In this document: positions 11,653 to 24,065 of the stretch, piece after piece
Layout: each line of letters starts with the position of its first letter
Position numbering within the stretch: position 1 is the first letter of the stretch
Assembly: GCF_001194135.2 (NCBI RefSeq)
Contig: NC_068984.1
Span: 52,125,660 to 52,180,164, forward strand
Direction of reading: 5' to 3'
Origin: Octopus bimaculoides
Lineage: Eukaryota
DNA: 54,505 nucleotides
Program-made: the position numbers and the translations under genes
Notes under the pieces: generated by a model
The model's input: the letters and a program-made list of their open reading frames with translations, nothing else
What the model was told of the DNA's origin: nothing
Databases searched by the model: none

Positions 11653-11706
<54 letters not shown>

Positions 11707-11870
11707 TGTGTGTGTAGAGGACGGGCTTCTTTCAGTTTCCGTTTACCAAACCAACTCACAAGGCTTTGGTCGGCCTGAAGCTATAGTAGAAGACACTTCT
11801 GTATGGCCACACCGTGGGACCGAACCTGGAATCATGTGGTTGGCAAGCAAGCTTCTTAGCACACAACCAC
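11405..11870 (-). mobile_element. Near full-length family-B SINE (tRNA head, CORE-like body, TG microsatellite, 3' module)
   Basis: Minus strand GTGGTTGTGTGCTAAGAAGCTTGC...GGTTCGGTCCC head followed by the body and tail seen elsewhere in the window. Confidence 0.8.
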
Positions 11871-12369
11871 GCCAAACCACCAAGTCTCTGCTAAGTCACC
11901 GGCTTCAGCATGCGTTGATGTCGAATAACGTCATATAATCATTATATACTTCAGTTTAGAATTAGAAACATTTAACTACATAATAATACTTGCTCATCAT
12001 TAAACAATTAAGTTTCTCGTTGTCATATACATTTAGCTTTTAACTAGAACGTTAAACAGATGACATCGAATTCTCTTCAGTGAGGTAAATCTATTAGAAT
12101 AACTATAAAGAAGGATGGAGACTCTCTAAACATTATCATGAGTTTTGTGATAGAGTATGTGGAATTAATTATCCCTTTAAATGTATTACAGCAGGTTAGA
12201 GTAGTAAATCTACTTCAACATGAATATGATTTTACGAAGAGAAGCGATGTTCATTAAAAACAAACAAAAACAAGTGTATTACTGTTGTTATTGGCATCAA
12301 GCACCAACATCGCTGCACTGTATTCAGTCTAGTGCTATACTGCCCCAACCGACTATCTTTGTCTTATTT

Positions 12370-12578
12370 ATAACATAATAATAATACTGGTTTCAAATTC
12401 TGGCACAAGGCCAGCAATTTCGGAAGGAGGTAAGTCGATTACATCGACCCCAGTGCTCAACTGGTACTTACTTTATTGACCCTGGAAGGATGAAAGCAAA
12501 GTCGGGCCCGATGGAATTTGAACTCAGAACGTGAATACGCAAAACATTTCGCTAACGATTCTGCCAGCTCTCCGCCAT
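12370..12578 (-). mobile_element. SINE family A, full length
   Basis: GGCGGAGAGCTGGCAGAATCGTTAGC head, GAGTTCAAATTCC B box, central GACTTTGCTTTCATCC...AAGTACCAG domain (resembles the Meta-type SINE domain from memory), tail GAAACCAG(TAT)n. Confidence 0.85.
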
Positions 12579-12579
12579 A

Positions 12580-12697
12580 ATCATAATAATAATCCTTTCT
12601 ACTGTAAGCACAAGGCCTGAAATTTGGGGGGGGGGGACTAGTCGATTGCAGTGTTTCACAGGTACTTTATTTATCAACCCCCAAATAGAATGGACTC
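12580..12697 (-). mobile_element. SINE family A, 3' half
   Basis: GGGGGTTGATAAATAAAGTACC...CCTTGTGCTTACAGTAGAAAGG(ATT)n. Confidence 0.8.
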
Positions 12698-12704
12698 ATG
12701 TACA

Positions 12705-12990
12705 TGACTGGTACAAAATTTCCACTCTCATCCATCTTTAAACTGTATGGCAGCATCCCCCTCTCAATCATGATTTCCTTCCCCAAGCAGGACTGCAGAA
12801 CTTGAATAAGTCGCTGAAGGTTTGGTCGAAGAAGAATGTAAGTGTTTGTCCTCAATCCTTTCAATTTTGTCCACCGTGCAACCTCTTTTGCCATAGCCAC
12901 TAGTCGAAAGAAAACATCCTGCACTTCTTCGCCAAAGGAAGGCGGCAAGGCGATCTTCACGATGAATTTGGCTGACAGGAAGTTGTTATT
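12705..12990 (-). mobile_element. Second Tx1-like LINE ORF2 C-terminal fragment
   Basis: VFFRLVAMAKEVARWTKLKGL aligns by eye with VFPCLVAMVKEFIWWTRLKG at about 5130-5210. Confidence 0.75.
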
Positions 12991-13178
12991 TACTTTGGTA
13001 TAAAGCAGGATAATCTCAATAATAAGGACTTAATATTTATTAACCCCACTTGTCGAAGAAATTAAATAACTAAGCCCATAAAGTTTTGGACAACTTACTG
13101 CCTTAGACCATAATCTCAATTCTGCTGCAAGTATTTCTTTGTTTCTGAGCACAAATCCTTAGTTTTACATTGTCTCAG

Positions 13179-14640
13179 TAGTGTTGCCAACATCAAATCA
13201 CAATTTTATGCTAAATTTCAGTAGAAAAAAATGCCAAAAATGCTAGATATGAGAAAAAAATGCCTAAATCCAATTATATAATAAAAAAAAAAAATTTTTA
13301 TTTACATTTTTATTTACATTCCTTAATTACATTCAGCTTGAGAAATAATTTCTTCAATTTCACTGATTTGTTCACTTTCAGCTGCAGGATTGACTTTGTA
13401 CTCATCCAAAGTCCCAGTCTTGTTAAATATAGGTTTTGGTTGTCGTAGTTTTTGCAGTATTTGCCATATCCTTTTAGGCCATAGTCTATAGAAAGTATCG
13501 ATCCAAGCATAGGAAGTTGTATTTTGTTTTTCAATTTTGATTTGATTCTACTCATACTGCTCAACAACCGTTCAACTTTGGCATTTGCGTTTGGCAACAT
13601 TAATAGGTTAATGGCATATTCTGCAACATGTCTAAAAGGATTTCGTCCAGAGACATCTTTATAATCCAAAACGTTTTACAAGAATGCCTCAGTATTAGAT
13701 GTATTTGTCCATATAACTAAATGGATGCTATTAAATTGAATTTCAATTGAAGCAATTTTTTTCTTCATTTAAATGTATTGCTTCAAAAACAGGAAAAATT
13801 GTCTCTTTGAAATGTCTCAAAGTATTCTCTACTGAGAAACATTTGATATTCTTCGGTCCAATAAAGTTTACTTACAAACGTTGCATGATCTCTATAAAGG
13901 TATAGTAAAAGTTGTGCTCTTTACGAACGCTATATTTTCGGTTGCTGTTACTGTCTTCTTGATTATCATTTCAGCTAGCTTTCTCTCGAACCAGTATGCT
14001 AAATTTGGTTTAGGATTAAGAAATTCTCCAATATAAGCATCAGGATCAAGAGGATCAATTGACAATACAATCATTTTAGTAATAGATTTGATCAAATTCC
14101 TAAATAATTTTGTTTTGTCTCAATAGATTTTGATTCAAACAGTTTATTAACTTCCTGAACATGTTTTAGAATTGGATACAAAAATAAAAATAAATGTTCA
14201 TTTATAGAACCACAAAACATTTCTTGTAGTATTTGAGCTGTAAAAGCACTTTTCTTTCGTGCTTGTAGTTTGGAAGTGAGTTTACAATTTGAACCATTGG
14301 CTTAAAATTTTACTTACAGCTGGTTTTATTGACAGCCACCTAGATGTCCTAGATGCACGAAAATTCTCAATTTTCAAGGGCCCTTTATCATTGACAGGAA
14401 AATAGAGCTGTTCGTAGGCTCTTTTTGGAAAATGAGAGAGCCATTTAAAGGTTTGGACAACATTCAGCTCAACTGTGGGGGACTGCCAACTGTAAAGATT
14501 GTCATTCACATCTAAATAGAAGCAATGACGGAAATTTCTCTTTTAATTTCTGGAAAATACCATTGTTGACTTCTACCATTACACTGGCATTGTTGGTCCC
14601 TACAGTCAGCAATTTTTGTTTTTTTATAGGGAGCTCAGGT
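13179..14640 (-). mobile_element. Decayed hAT-superfamily transposase with one TIR
   Basis: GTNNASVM (catalytic-Asp region), RWLSIKPAVSKILSQW, LLMLPNANAKVERLLSSMSRIKSKLKN (hAT dimerisation-like); TIR-like TAGTGTTGCCAA at 13179-13190; many stops. Confidence 0.8.
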
Positions 14641-16145
14641 GCTGACATAAGAAAAATAAATTCCCAATACTGAGTGATGGGTCGGAGGAGTTAATAGCTT
14701 TTGATATTTGTTCTGGCGCTTTGTGTTCTGACAACACTAGTCCATACTGTGGTGGCCTTTGATTTTTCCTTGGATGGCAGCAACAGTGGTGTGGACAGGA
14801 AGAAGATATAAAAGCAGAGGTAATTGTAGGTCACGTACTTATAAAACCCTGCATCTGTTCCTAAGAGAGGAACTTGCCTGTTGCCGATCCATCGTCTCAC
14901 GAAGGTGTGCGAAGTCTCCGGAAAGTGTGTGGAAGAACTAAATCGTTTTATATTAAATATTTATGTTAGAATGGTTGATGAAATAGTTACAACGAGGAAT
15001 CTAATTACGTTACTGACTCAGTTCAGCAACAGATCACCATCTATGTAATGGTATCCATCGCATGAACTGTTTTTAGAGCATGGAAATGGGGAAATCACTG
15101 TTTTCGTACCCAAGAGATATTAGAGACGTAAACAAAGGGATTTCAGGTAACTTATCGCTGCTTAACAGTAAAGGTTACAATAACTTCAATGATGACATAA
15201 AGAAGAGTTTCTTTGGGGGTCATTCGATCGGCCGAAAATAGCAGCCAAGCTTAAATACAGCAAAACAGTAGCATCCCCGAAAAATGTTCTGAGTTAGTAA
15301 ACAGAAGCATAAGAAATCTATTCTTTTTCATAGCAACCAACTCTGCTCAATATAGCAGCTAAGTTTCAGAAGCCCATTCAATATGCTAACCAAATCTAAT
15401 CGGTATACCAGCCAAATCTGCAGCCATAAAAGATTTTCCTGTATAAATTCTTTTATTGTTTTTAAAATGGAGACTGTTTGAAATGTTCGCTTAAAAGACG
15501 AGATGGGAAATGGCAAAGTGCCGTTTGATGGGCCAAGTTTAAACTAGACTCATATTTTGGTTGTAATCCTAATTATTTGAGAAGTTTCCGCGGTCTATAT
15601 CAAAGGCCTGCTCTTGCAGGCATGATTCTGTGGTTAATCAATAACGACAATAAAAATAGAAGCAATCTAGGACCCTCCTGGAAATAGCACCTAAATCTCT
15701 CTCTAATCACATTGTGTTGCCTGAGATGAAAAAATTAAAAAAAGAATACATTGAATAAAGTGACTCTGGATGTAATTTGCCAGGGCAGACTTTAACAAGG
15801 TCGGGTTTGAATGCCTTTCATCATCAGTGTATTCGATCAGGGCTGACCTGGAGCTAAATAACAGCAACAAGAAGGCTCAATCTGCAAGAGATAGCAAGCC
15901 GAGCACTTTCACTGTTGTTATTTAACCTCAATCAAATGTTTCTTTTTTTTAGATCACACCCCATCACCTTCAAGAAAAAGAAGTCTACATTGGATAATGT
16001 AGACCTATATACATTATTTTTGAAGACAGAAAAGAAAATATGGGGTGGTCACGGTTAGAAAGACTTTGTTTATAGTTTTTTCCCATCAAAGCTGTACTGT
16101 GGCTAAACAACAACGATAATTATAAAAAAAAGGCACAGTACTTAC

Positions 16146-16395
16146 TGGAATGAGTAAAGGAGGAAACCTTTTGATCGACTTGCAGTTGGCGATATTTTTC
16201 TCTCAGCTCTCTTTCCTCTTTGTCAAGCAACAAAGAGGAAATTTTCCGTTGTTTTTCAATTCCTAAAGTTTTCTTTTGCAGGGAATTTCGACGCAGCGAA
16301 TTTTTTACCCGGCATTCCTTGAAACTTCGAGCAGTTTCTTTCATGTATTGTTCGAACCCACCGACAGATTTTTCATCCCCTCCGTGATTTGCCAT
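16146..16395 (-). CDS. Probable first coding exon of a host coiled-coil protein (83 codons plus 1 nt); weak CCDC190-like resemblance
   Basis: MANHGGDEKSVGGFEQYMKETARSFKECRVKNSLRRNSLQKKTLGIEKQRKISSLLLDKEERELREKYRQLQVDQKVSSFTHS; ends at consensus donor A|GTAAGT (16145-16140); possible acceptor TAG 11 nt upstream of the ATG; no TE motif. Confidence 0.6.
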
Positions 16396-16944
16396 AGATG
16401 TTATTCCTATTGTGCATTTATTAAATGTAATCATTGACCAGGTGACCGAAAGTTAACCTAGAATTGTAAAGAAGCTGTCAATCTTGGCAATATAATATAT
16501 TAATTTTTTATTGCCGAAGTAGTTTACTTCTCAAGAACATGTAAAAACAATATATTCGTTTGTTTTATTTAATTATCGTCGAAACAAGTGTTCTACAGAC
16601 ATATTCCCAACAGTTAAATTTATGCAGCCTGTATTTAGCCAATAGCCAGAAGGCTACCTTATAGAGGAATTAAAAAGAACACACACACGCACGCACATGT
16701 ACATATATATAAAGATAAAACTATTTACATATGTTCATACTATAAATGTACGCACACACACACGCGTGTGTGTGCGTATGTACAAATGTACACAAACATA
16801 TATATGCATGTAAGTATGAATACATATATGTACACATATATGTATTTACAAATATGTATATATCTATGCATGTATGTATGTATGTATGTATGTATGTATG
16901 TATGTATGTATGTACGTACGTATGTATGTATGTATGTATGTATG

Positions 16945-16978
<34 letters not shown>

Positions 16979-17275
16979 TGTATGTATGTATGTATGTATA
17001 CAGTTTATTAATATTTCTTCTGCCTCTAAAATAATCATAATTCATTCAGAAGAAAAAAATACTGATTACTTAATTTAAATCAGGACAAACGTTATGCTAT
17101 GTGTGTGTGTGTGTGTGTTGTGTGTGTGTTTGTGTGTGTCTATCTGTCTGTATGTGTATGTGTTTTGTGTGTGTGTGTGTGTATGTGTGCGCACGCGGGA
17201 ACGTCTGTGTATATGTGTGTTTGTGTGTGTGTGTGTGTGTGTCTGTGTGTGCTGTTAATAAATAAAAGAGAAATC

Positions 17276-17468
17276 CAATAATCCGTCGCCATATCGCGGT
17301 TTATTATTTAAGCTTACGTCGATTACTCCGTGGTGTTGTTTTGCATTTATAATAAAATAAATGTATCCAAATTATATAACTTACAGTATAGTACTGTTTC
17401 TACTTCGCGGATTTTCACCTATCGCGGGGGGTTTTGGAACGTAAAACTCGCGATAGTCGAGGGATTAG
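17276..17468. mobile_element. pogo/Tigger-like MITE
   Basis: Imperfect TIRs CAATAATCCGTCGCCATATCGCG / CGCGATAGTCGAGGGATTAG followed by TA. Confidence 0.55.
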
Positions 17469-17506
17469 TATATTTTGAAGCATTTGGTATATGGAAGGGT
17501 TAATAC

Positions 17507-18156
17507 CAGTGGCGGCTTGTAGATAAAATTAGAGAGGGTGTTGCTTCAGAAAATTTTAGCCGTTGTTTTAATATTGTGTAAAAAGAAACAAACATATAAA
17601 AAGAAAATTTATACATAAACTTGATCAGTTCGCGTTGTAGTGCGTTCAATTTGTTCACTGAACACCACCGCGAATTCTCCTTGTTTCCCCACTAAATCAC
17701 AAAATAGTGGGGGTGCCCTATTTTTCAAATCCTGGCAGTAACACTGAAGCTGGAAGCAGGATAATAATCTAATTCTACACGTTATCACATTCAAGAATAT
17801 AAACACGTTTTTAAGCACAACACACGCGGAGTCGAAAAGAAACACTACTTTTCACCCGGCACTGTCGTTCACACAGTGCTCTCTCTCCCTAGTGCGAAGC
17901 TTCCTATCTCGGACATGTGAGCATGCGTACAACAGCCAAACAACGCGTCGCTGGAACTGTGAAGCGCACAGTTCTATACAAGGATTTTTGTATTTTTTTC
18001 ATAAACTAGGGAATGGCTACTGACATTAAGCTTAAGGATTATATAATGTACAAGTATACAGAAAGAATTTTAAAAAAGAGTCATTATATTGAATGTTATC
18101 GATAATATCGAGTGGAAATAGGGGGTAATGTAGTTCCTATACACGAGCCGCCACTG
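17507..18156. mobile_element. 650-bp non-autonomous hAT element
   Basis: TIRs CAGTGGCGGCTTGT / ACGAGCCGCCACTG; 8-bp target duplication GTTAATAC (17499-17506) / GTTAATAG (18157-18164). Confidence 0.85.
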
Positions 18157-19231
18157 GTTAATAGTATAAAGGAAGAAAAAATTTGAAGTTTTGTTTATTA
18201 TTTAGCTTCGATCAGACCTGATCGGAAAAATTTATGATTGAAGTCCTCACAGCTACAACTATCCTGAATTTTTGTAATTCTATAATTTGTATTTCTATTA
18301 TAACTACTTCTGTATCGGGAAATTGTGCTATTTATGAGTTTGATATGAAGCAAATTATTGTTATCTACTTCAAGTCACTTGAAGTTGATAATAATATCAT
18401 TATGAATTAAAATACTTATATTGGCTTTATTTCATTTATATGCTTATTCTATATTTAAGCTTTATTGCTTTTATTGGGTGGGTGGGGTATTATTCATTGT
18501 TATGGTGGAGTTCAAGATTATATTCGAGATACTAAAGGGGTTAGATATCATATACCTTTCTCCAAAACCTGAAGTGAAAAAGTTTCTAGAACAAACGACA
18601 ATATGGGTCTCCAAAGACAGTTGCTGCCATAAATTCTAAAATAAAATTTAGAATTTATGGAGGGTCAAAGTTGGGAGCAAATGCAGGAAATTGGAGACAT
18701 ACAGGGAAACCGAACGAAAACAAACATGGAACGTCGTTAGACCAGAACGAGAGAAAAATAGTGAACGCTGGGAGAAATATTTTCTTTAAAAGAGAAAAGA
18801 TAAATGAGAGAGAAAAAAATCGTTCAGTCTTTTGAACGTCCGTGCAGGAAAGGAAAGATGGTCACGTGAGGAAAAAAAATGGACGATGATCACGTGTGAG
18901 CAACGAGAGAGAGAAAAAAGAAAGAGAGGGAGAGGGACAGACAGACAGATAGAAAACGGTGAAAGAGGGAGGGGAAAGAGAATCAGAGAAGGATGGAGGA
19001 AGAAAACAGTACAGAGTAGAGTCGCATCAAAAAGGTAAAAATAAACTTACTTGGAAATGGATGCCTGGCATTCAATTAAATAATAATAATAAATAATATA
19101 TATATGCATATATGGGTACAGGAGGTCACTAACTGTGCAAACAACACGAAATACGGAAATATACGATTTAATACGTAAACAACGAGAGAAAGAATGGAAA
19201 ACAGGACAAGTAAACACAGAGAAAGGACCCT

Positions 19232-19286
<55 letters not shown>

Positions 19287-19433
19287 GCTCACACGTGACC
19301 ATCATCCATCTTTCTTTTCCTTGCGTGACCATCTTTCCTTTCCTGCACGGACGTTCTAAAGACTGGACGTTTTTTCTCTCTCTTCTATCTTTTCTCTTTT
19401 CAAAGAAAATATTTCTCCCGGCGTTCACTATTT

Positions 19434-20670
19434 ACAATTCAATATAGTAGACTTTTATCCATCGATATCGAAAATGTTACTTGATAGGGCATTAATGTAT
19501 GCTAGAGGAATTACCGACATAAGTGATAGAGAAATAAATATAATTATGCACGCTAAGAAAACGCTACTGTTCAATCAGGATTCAACCTGGGTCAAACGAA
19601 CTGACCCTGAAGACCCCTTCGACGTCGCGATGGGGGCATATGAGAGCGCTGATATTTACGACCTTATAGGGTTTTACGTTCTAGATACCCTGGGTAAAAA
19701 ATTCCCTTCTGCCCACTTCGGCAGAGTCGCTAACGGTCATACATTAGATAGGATTAGAAAAGACATCAAACACACCCTCAAGAACCTTGGCCTTAAAATC
19801 ACCATAGAGACTAACCTCACCGTGGTGAACTTCTTGGATGTCACGCTTGATTTAGACAGTGGTACCGACAGACCATACCGCAAACCGAATGATAGGCTAT
19901 CATACATTAACACAACCTCCTGCCACCCACCCATAGTGTTCAAAAACTTAAACGGTATCAGTAAACAGATTTCGAACTTATCTTCAAATAAAGATATTTT
20001 CAACGCAGCTGCTCCCGCTTACAATGAGGCGCTAGCGGCCAGCGGGTTCAAGGACCATATATACACCAGAATCGAGCAACCATCAAAGGAAACGCCACCG
20101 CAAGACCTTATGGTTCGTTTCCCCTTCTCCCTAAACGTCTGGATATGTGTAAGTAAGATTTTTCTTAGATTGGTGGATAAGCATTTCACACGATCACACA
20201 AATACAGTAAGATCTTTAACAGACATAATTTAAGAATCTCTTTCAGTTGTGCACCCATATATATATATATGTGTGTGTATATATATNNNNNNNNNNNNNN
20301 NNNNNNNNNNNNNNNNNNNNNNNNNNNNNNNNNNNNNNNNNNNNNNNNNNNNNNNNNNNNNNNNNNNNNNNNNNNNNNNNNNNNNNNNNNNNNNNNNNNN
20401 NNNNNNNNNNNNNNNNNNTATATATATATATATATATATATTCTACAGGAAATAAAGGAATTCTCGAACGCAGGATGGCTTTGAAGACAGCGTAGAGAAT
20501 CGGGTAAATACCTTTTAGAAGACGGAAAAAAGTATCTAGGAAGCCACTGCGGAGAACTGAACCCTGTACCTCTCAATTTCGTCATGAGCTATAAAAGCAA
20601 TATTAGTTTAGAATAGCAATTTGTGTATCATACTTAATGCAGATACATCCTGGAAATCCTAATTAACTGT
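19434..20670 (+). mobile_element. Penelope-like element remnant (RT, dead)
   Basis: QFNIVDFYPSI, FDVAMGAY, VNFLDVTLDL, YRKPND...SCHPP motifs; catalytic YRDD segment deleted (AHFG|RVANG); interrupted by a gap. Confidence 0.85.
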
Positions 20671-20847
20671 AGTATTCGTCCTGAGATAGAAAATAGCTTA
20701 TTGACCTATAACTCTGTTAATACTGACCGTCTATAAGACACACTATCCCAGGGCAAATACTGCATTAATTAGACCATCTATGATGCCTTTTACATGAAGT
20801 ATGTTTCACAGATTACATTTGCACACACACTCTCTCGCTCTCTTTCT

Positions 20848-20901
<54 letters not shown>

Positions 20902-21166
20902 GCATGTACATACATATATACATACATACATGCATACATACATGTGTATGCGTACACACACTGACCGACACACATGCGCACAAACAAACAAACAAACAAA
21001 CAAACAAACAAACAAACAAAAAGAACGCAACTCGGATAACGGACAGAGTCAACAGTTAATTTAATTCTTATTTTAGTTTAAGCGGTGCTACTCAGAACCC
21101 TCAGTTACTTTTGTGACCTCTATCAATTTTACCTTTAGGTTCTAATAAGCCACCTTTTTCAATTGT

Positions 21167-21217
<51 letters not shown>

Positions 21218-21535
21218 GTATGTGTGTGTGTGTGTACATATATATTTATATATGTGTGTGTGTGTATACATATATACGCACTCACACATGTACACAGTTA
21301 CATACATGTGTGTGTGAGAGAGAGAGAGCACGAGAGAGAGAGAGAGAGAGAAAGAGAGAGAACGAGAGAGAGAGAGAGAGAGAACGAGAGAGAGAGAGAA
21401 CGAGAGAGAGAGAGAGAGANNNNNNNNNNNNNNNNNNNNNNNNNNNNNNNNNNNNNNNNNNNNNNNNNNNNNNNNNNNNNNNNNNNNNNNNNNNNNNNNN
21501 NNNNNNNNNNNNNNNNNNNNNNNNNNNNNNNNNNN

Positions 21536-21601
<66 letters not shown>

Positions 21602-21970
21602 TGTATCTATGAATTTATGTATGGGTGTACAGATGCTTTATGCATATACGTAATGCTCATATACTTACATATGTACAGAGAAGCCATACAAATAAACAAG
21701 GAATTTGTCAGAGGAAGATAGAAATAAAATTCCTCCGATTTATTTTTACAGCAAAGACAATTTCTACAGAATGAGAATGAAAGAGAGAAATGAGTTTTCA
21801 GAAAACAAATCTAAAATGTTTGTTATGATCGACAAACAAACAAGAATTAAATCTAGAGATTACATTAATCTGTAAATAAAGTTTTGAAACACGAAATTAA
21901 TTCGGTCATTTGTCTTTGAATATAATTAAATCTACTTTTAGCCTCGAATTTCTTTTTAGCTATTTTGATT

Positions 21971-22022
<52 letters not shown>

Positions 22023-22881
22023 ACATCTTAATTGTCTCTTCCTCTCTAATATTCTGTATCTCATCTGTACTTTATTTTTCCCATTTTACTATCTCTTCCG
22101 CTTCTCTCTCTGTTCTATTTCTATTATCTATCTTGCTTCTATTTTAACATTACTGTTCTTTTTTTCTTTTTCCTTTCTCTTATCTCCTTTATGCCATTTT
22201 TATTTATGTATTTATTTGGAGCTCTTTCTCTTTTATAGTTGTTTGTCTTATTTTATTTTATCAAGTCAGGTATACGTTTTAGTGTGCTACATATCTGCTA
22301 TAGAAAGCTACCTGTTTGTCTTCTGAATCAATTTCTTGGCAAATCTATCATTATTTCCAAAGAATAGAAGTACAAAAAAGAATGATGTCTGATGGCTTAC
22401 GATACTTTGAAGCAAATCTCCTAAACATACTGTAAGCATCTATTTATTCATATTTCCTACTTTCTACTCTCTATTTAAAGACTTAATCTTTACTGCCAAC
22501 TGGTGCACCAGATGCCAAATAATGGCAATTAACCAGTGCTCTGCGTTATTTTTGCTTTCAGCTGATAACTAGCCAAAGGAAGAAAGGCACCTTAAGTCAT
22601 GAATTAACAACTGTAAGACATATTTAATTTCCATACCGGATTTCAATAATAAGCGATCTTAATGTATTGGAGTGAATTCCATATTATCCAAAACATTAAT
22701 AGTGGACCTAAGAAAGGAAACTTTTCACCGAGTGAACACATTAATTAATTAATATCAACGTATTTTCCGGCATACAAGTGAATGTTGTCTTCTTTTGACT
22801 GTAAATTTTGATCTGAAATATTATGGAAAATACGGTATATCTTCTATCTTCTCTTTTTTTAAATTTTTTTATTTGTAAGAG

Positions 22882-23010
22882 GTGGTGAAATGGCTGAGCC
22901 GTTAGACTCCTTTGTTGTATCTCTTTCGACTCTTAGCTCTCTGAATTTAATCTCACCGATGTCAACTTTGCTTTTTTATCCTTTCGGGGTCGACAAATAA
23001 AGTAGCAGCC
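22882..23010 (+). mobile_element. SINE family A, degraded
   Basis: GTCAACTTTGC...ATCCTTTCGGGGTCGACAAATAAAGTAG central domain. Confidence 0.65.
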
Positions 23011-23147
23011 TAGGGCTTGAAAAACCAATGAAAACCTTATTTTCTTGCTTTTATCAGAAGACTGGCTGTCTCAATCACATTTTACTTAACATATATATAT
23101 AATATATATAACAAAAGACTGGGTGTATTTCCACGCAAGAAAAAAAA

Positions 23148-24065
23148 TATAGGCAAATTTGTTGTTGAAAATACACCTAAATTTGAAAAACTTGTAATTG
23201 TCATGTGAATTTATTTGCATACATACCAAACTAGTTTCAACAATATTTTTGTTTATCTATGGTAAACAATTAGAATTATGATTTAGAAAAAACATGTTTA
23301 AAAGTTTCAATCTTGACACGTTCAAATGTTTATAACAGACAAATTTAGAATTATGAATTAGAAAAGCATGTTTAAAAGTTTCAACGTTGACAAGTTTAAA
23401 TGTTCATAACAGACAATAATATAAAAACTGTTGATCAACTTGTTTAAATTTACAAAATTCAGCAAAAGTTCCTGCGCTCGACTGAAAGAGAATCACAGAA
23501 ACTGTAAACCAAATTCTCTTGTTTTTACTGTCTTCATTTCTCCCTTGTTTTTCTCCCTCTTGATTTAGTATGACTGAAAGTTCAATAGTGTTAGTAGTAG
23601 GCGACAAGAAATGAATATCATCAAAGTTTCTGTCATACTGAATAAAGAGAGAGAAAAACAAGGGAGAAATGAAGATACCAGAAAAAGGGGGATTTGATTT
23701 ACAGTTTTGGGGATTCTCTTTCCGTCGTGTGCAGGAACTTTCGCAGAATTTTGTAAATTTAAACAAGTTGATCAACAGTTTTTTTATATTATTGACTGTT
23801 ATGAACATTTAAACTTGTCAACGTTGAAATTTTTAAACATGTTTTTCTAATTCAAAATTCAAAATTTGTCTGTTATGAACATTTAAACTTGTTAACTTTG
23901 AAACTTTTAAACAAGTTTTTCGAAATCATAATCCTAAATTTTTTACCATTGATGAACAATAAAATATTGTTGAAACCAGTTTGGTATATATGTAAATAAA
24001 TTTATTTTAAAACAATTACAAGTTTTTCAAATTTAAGTGCATTTTCAACAGCAAATTTGCCTATA
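23148..24065. mobile_element. 918-bp foldback element (about 435-bp inverted arms, about 40-nt loop)
   Basis: TAGGCAAATTTGTTGTTGAAAAT... / ...ATTTTCAACAGCAAATTTGCCTA; arms contain two roughly 75-bp subrepeats; TA flanks. Confidence 0.85.

Noticed and set aside
12667-12960. 97-aa ORF as a host gene exon
   Set aside because: Homologous to the Tx1 ORF2 C-terminus at about 5.1-5.2 kb and runs into a SINE.
23404-23808. 134-aa ORF
   Set aside because: It lies inside the foldback palindrome with low-complexity composition.
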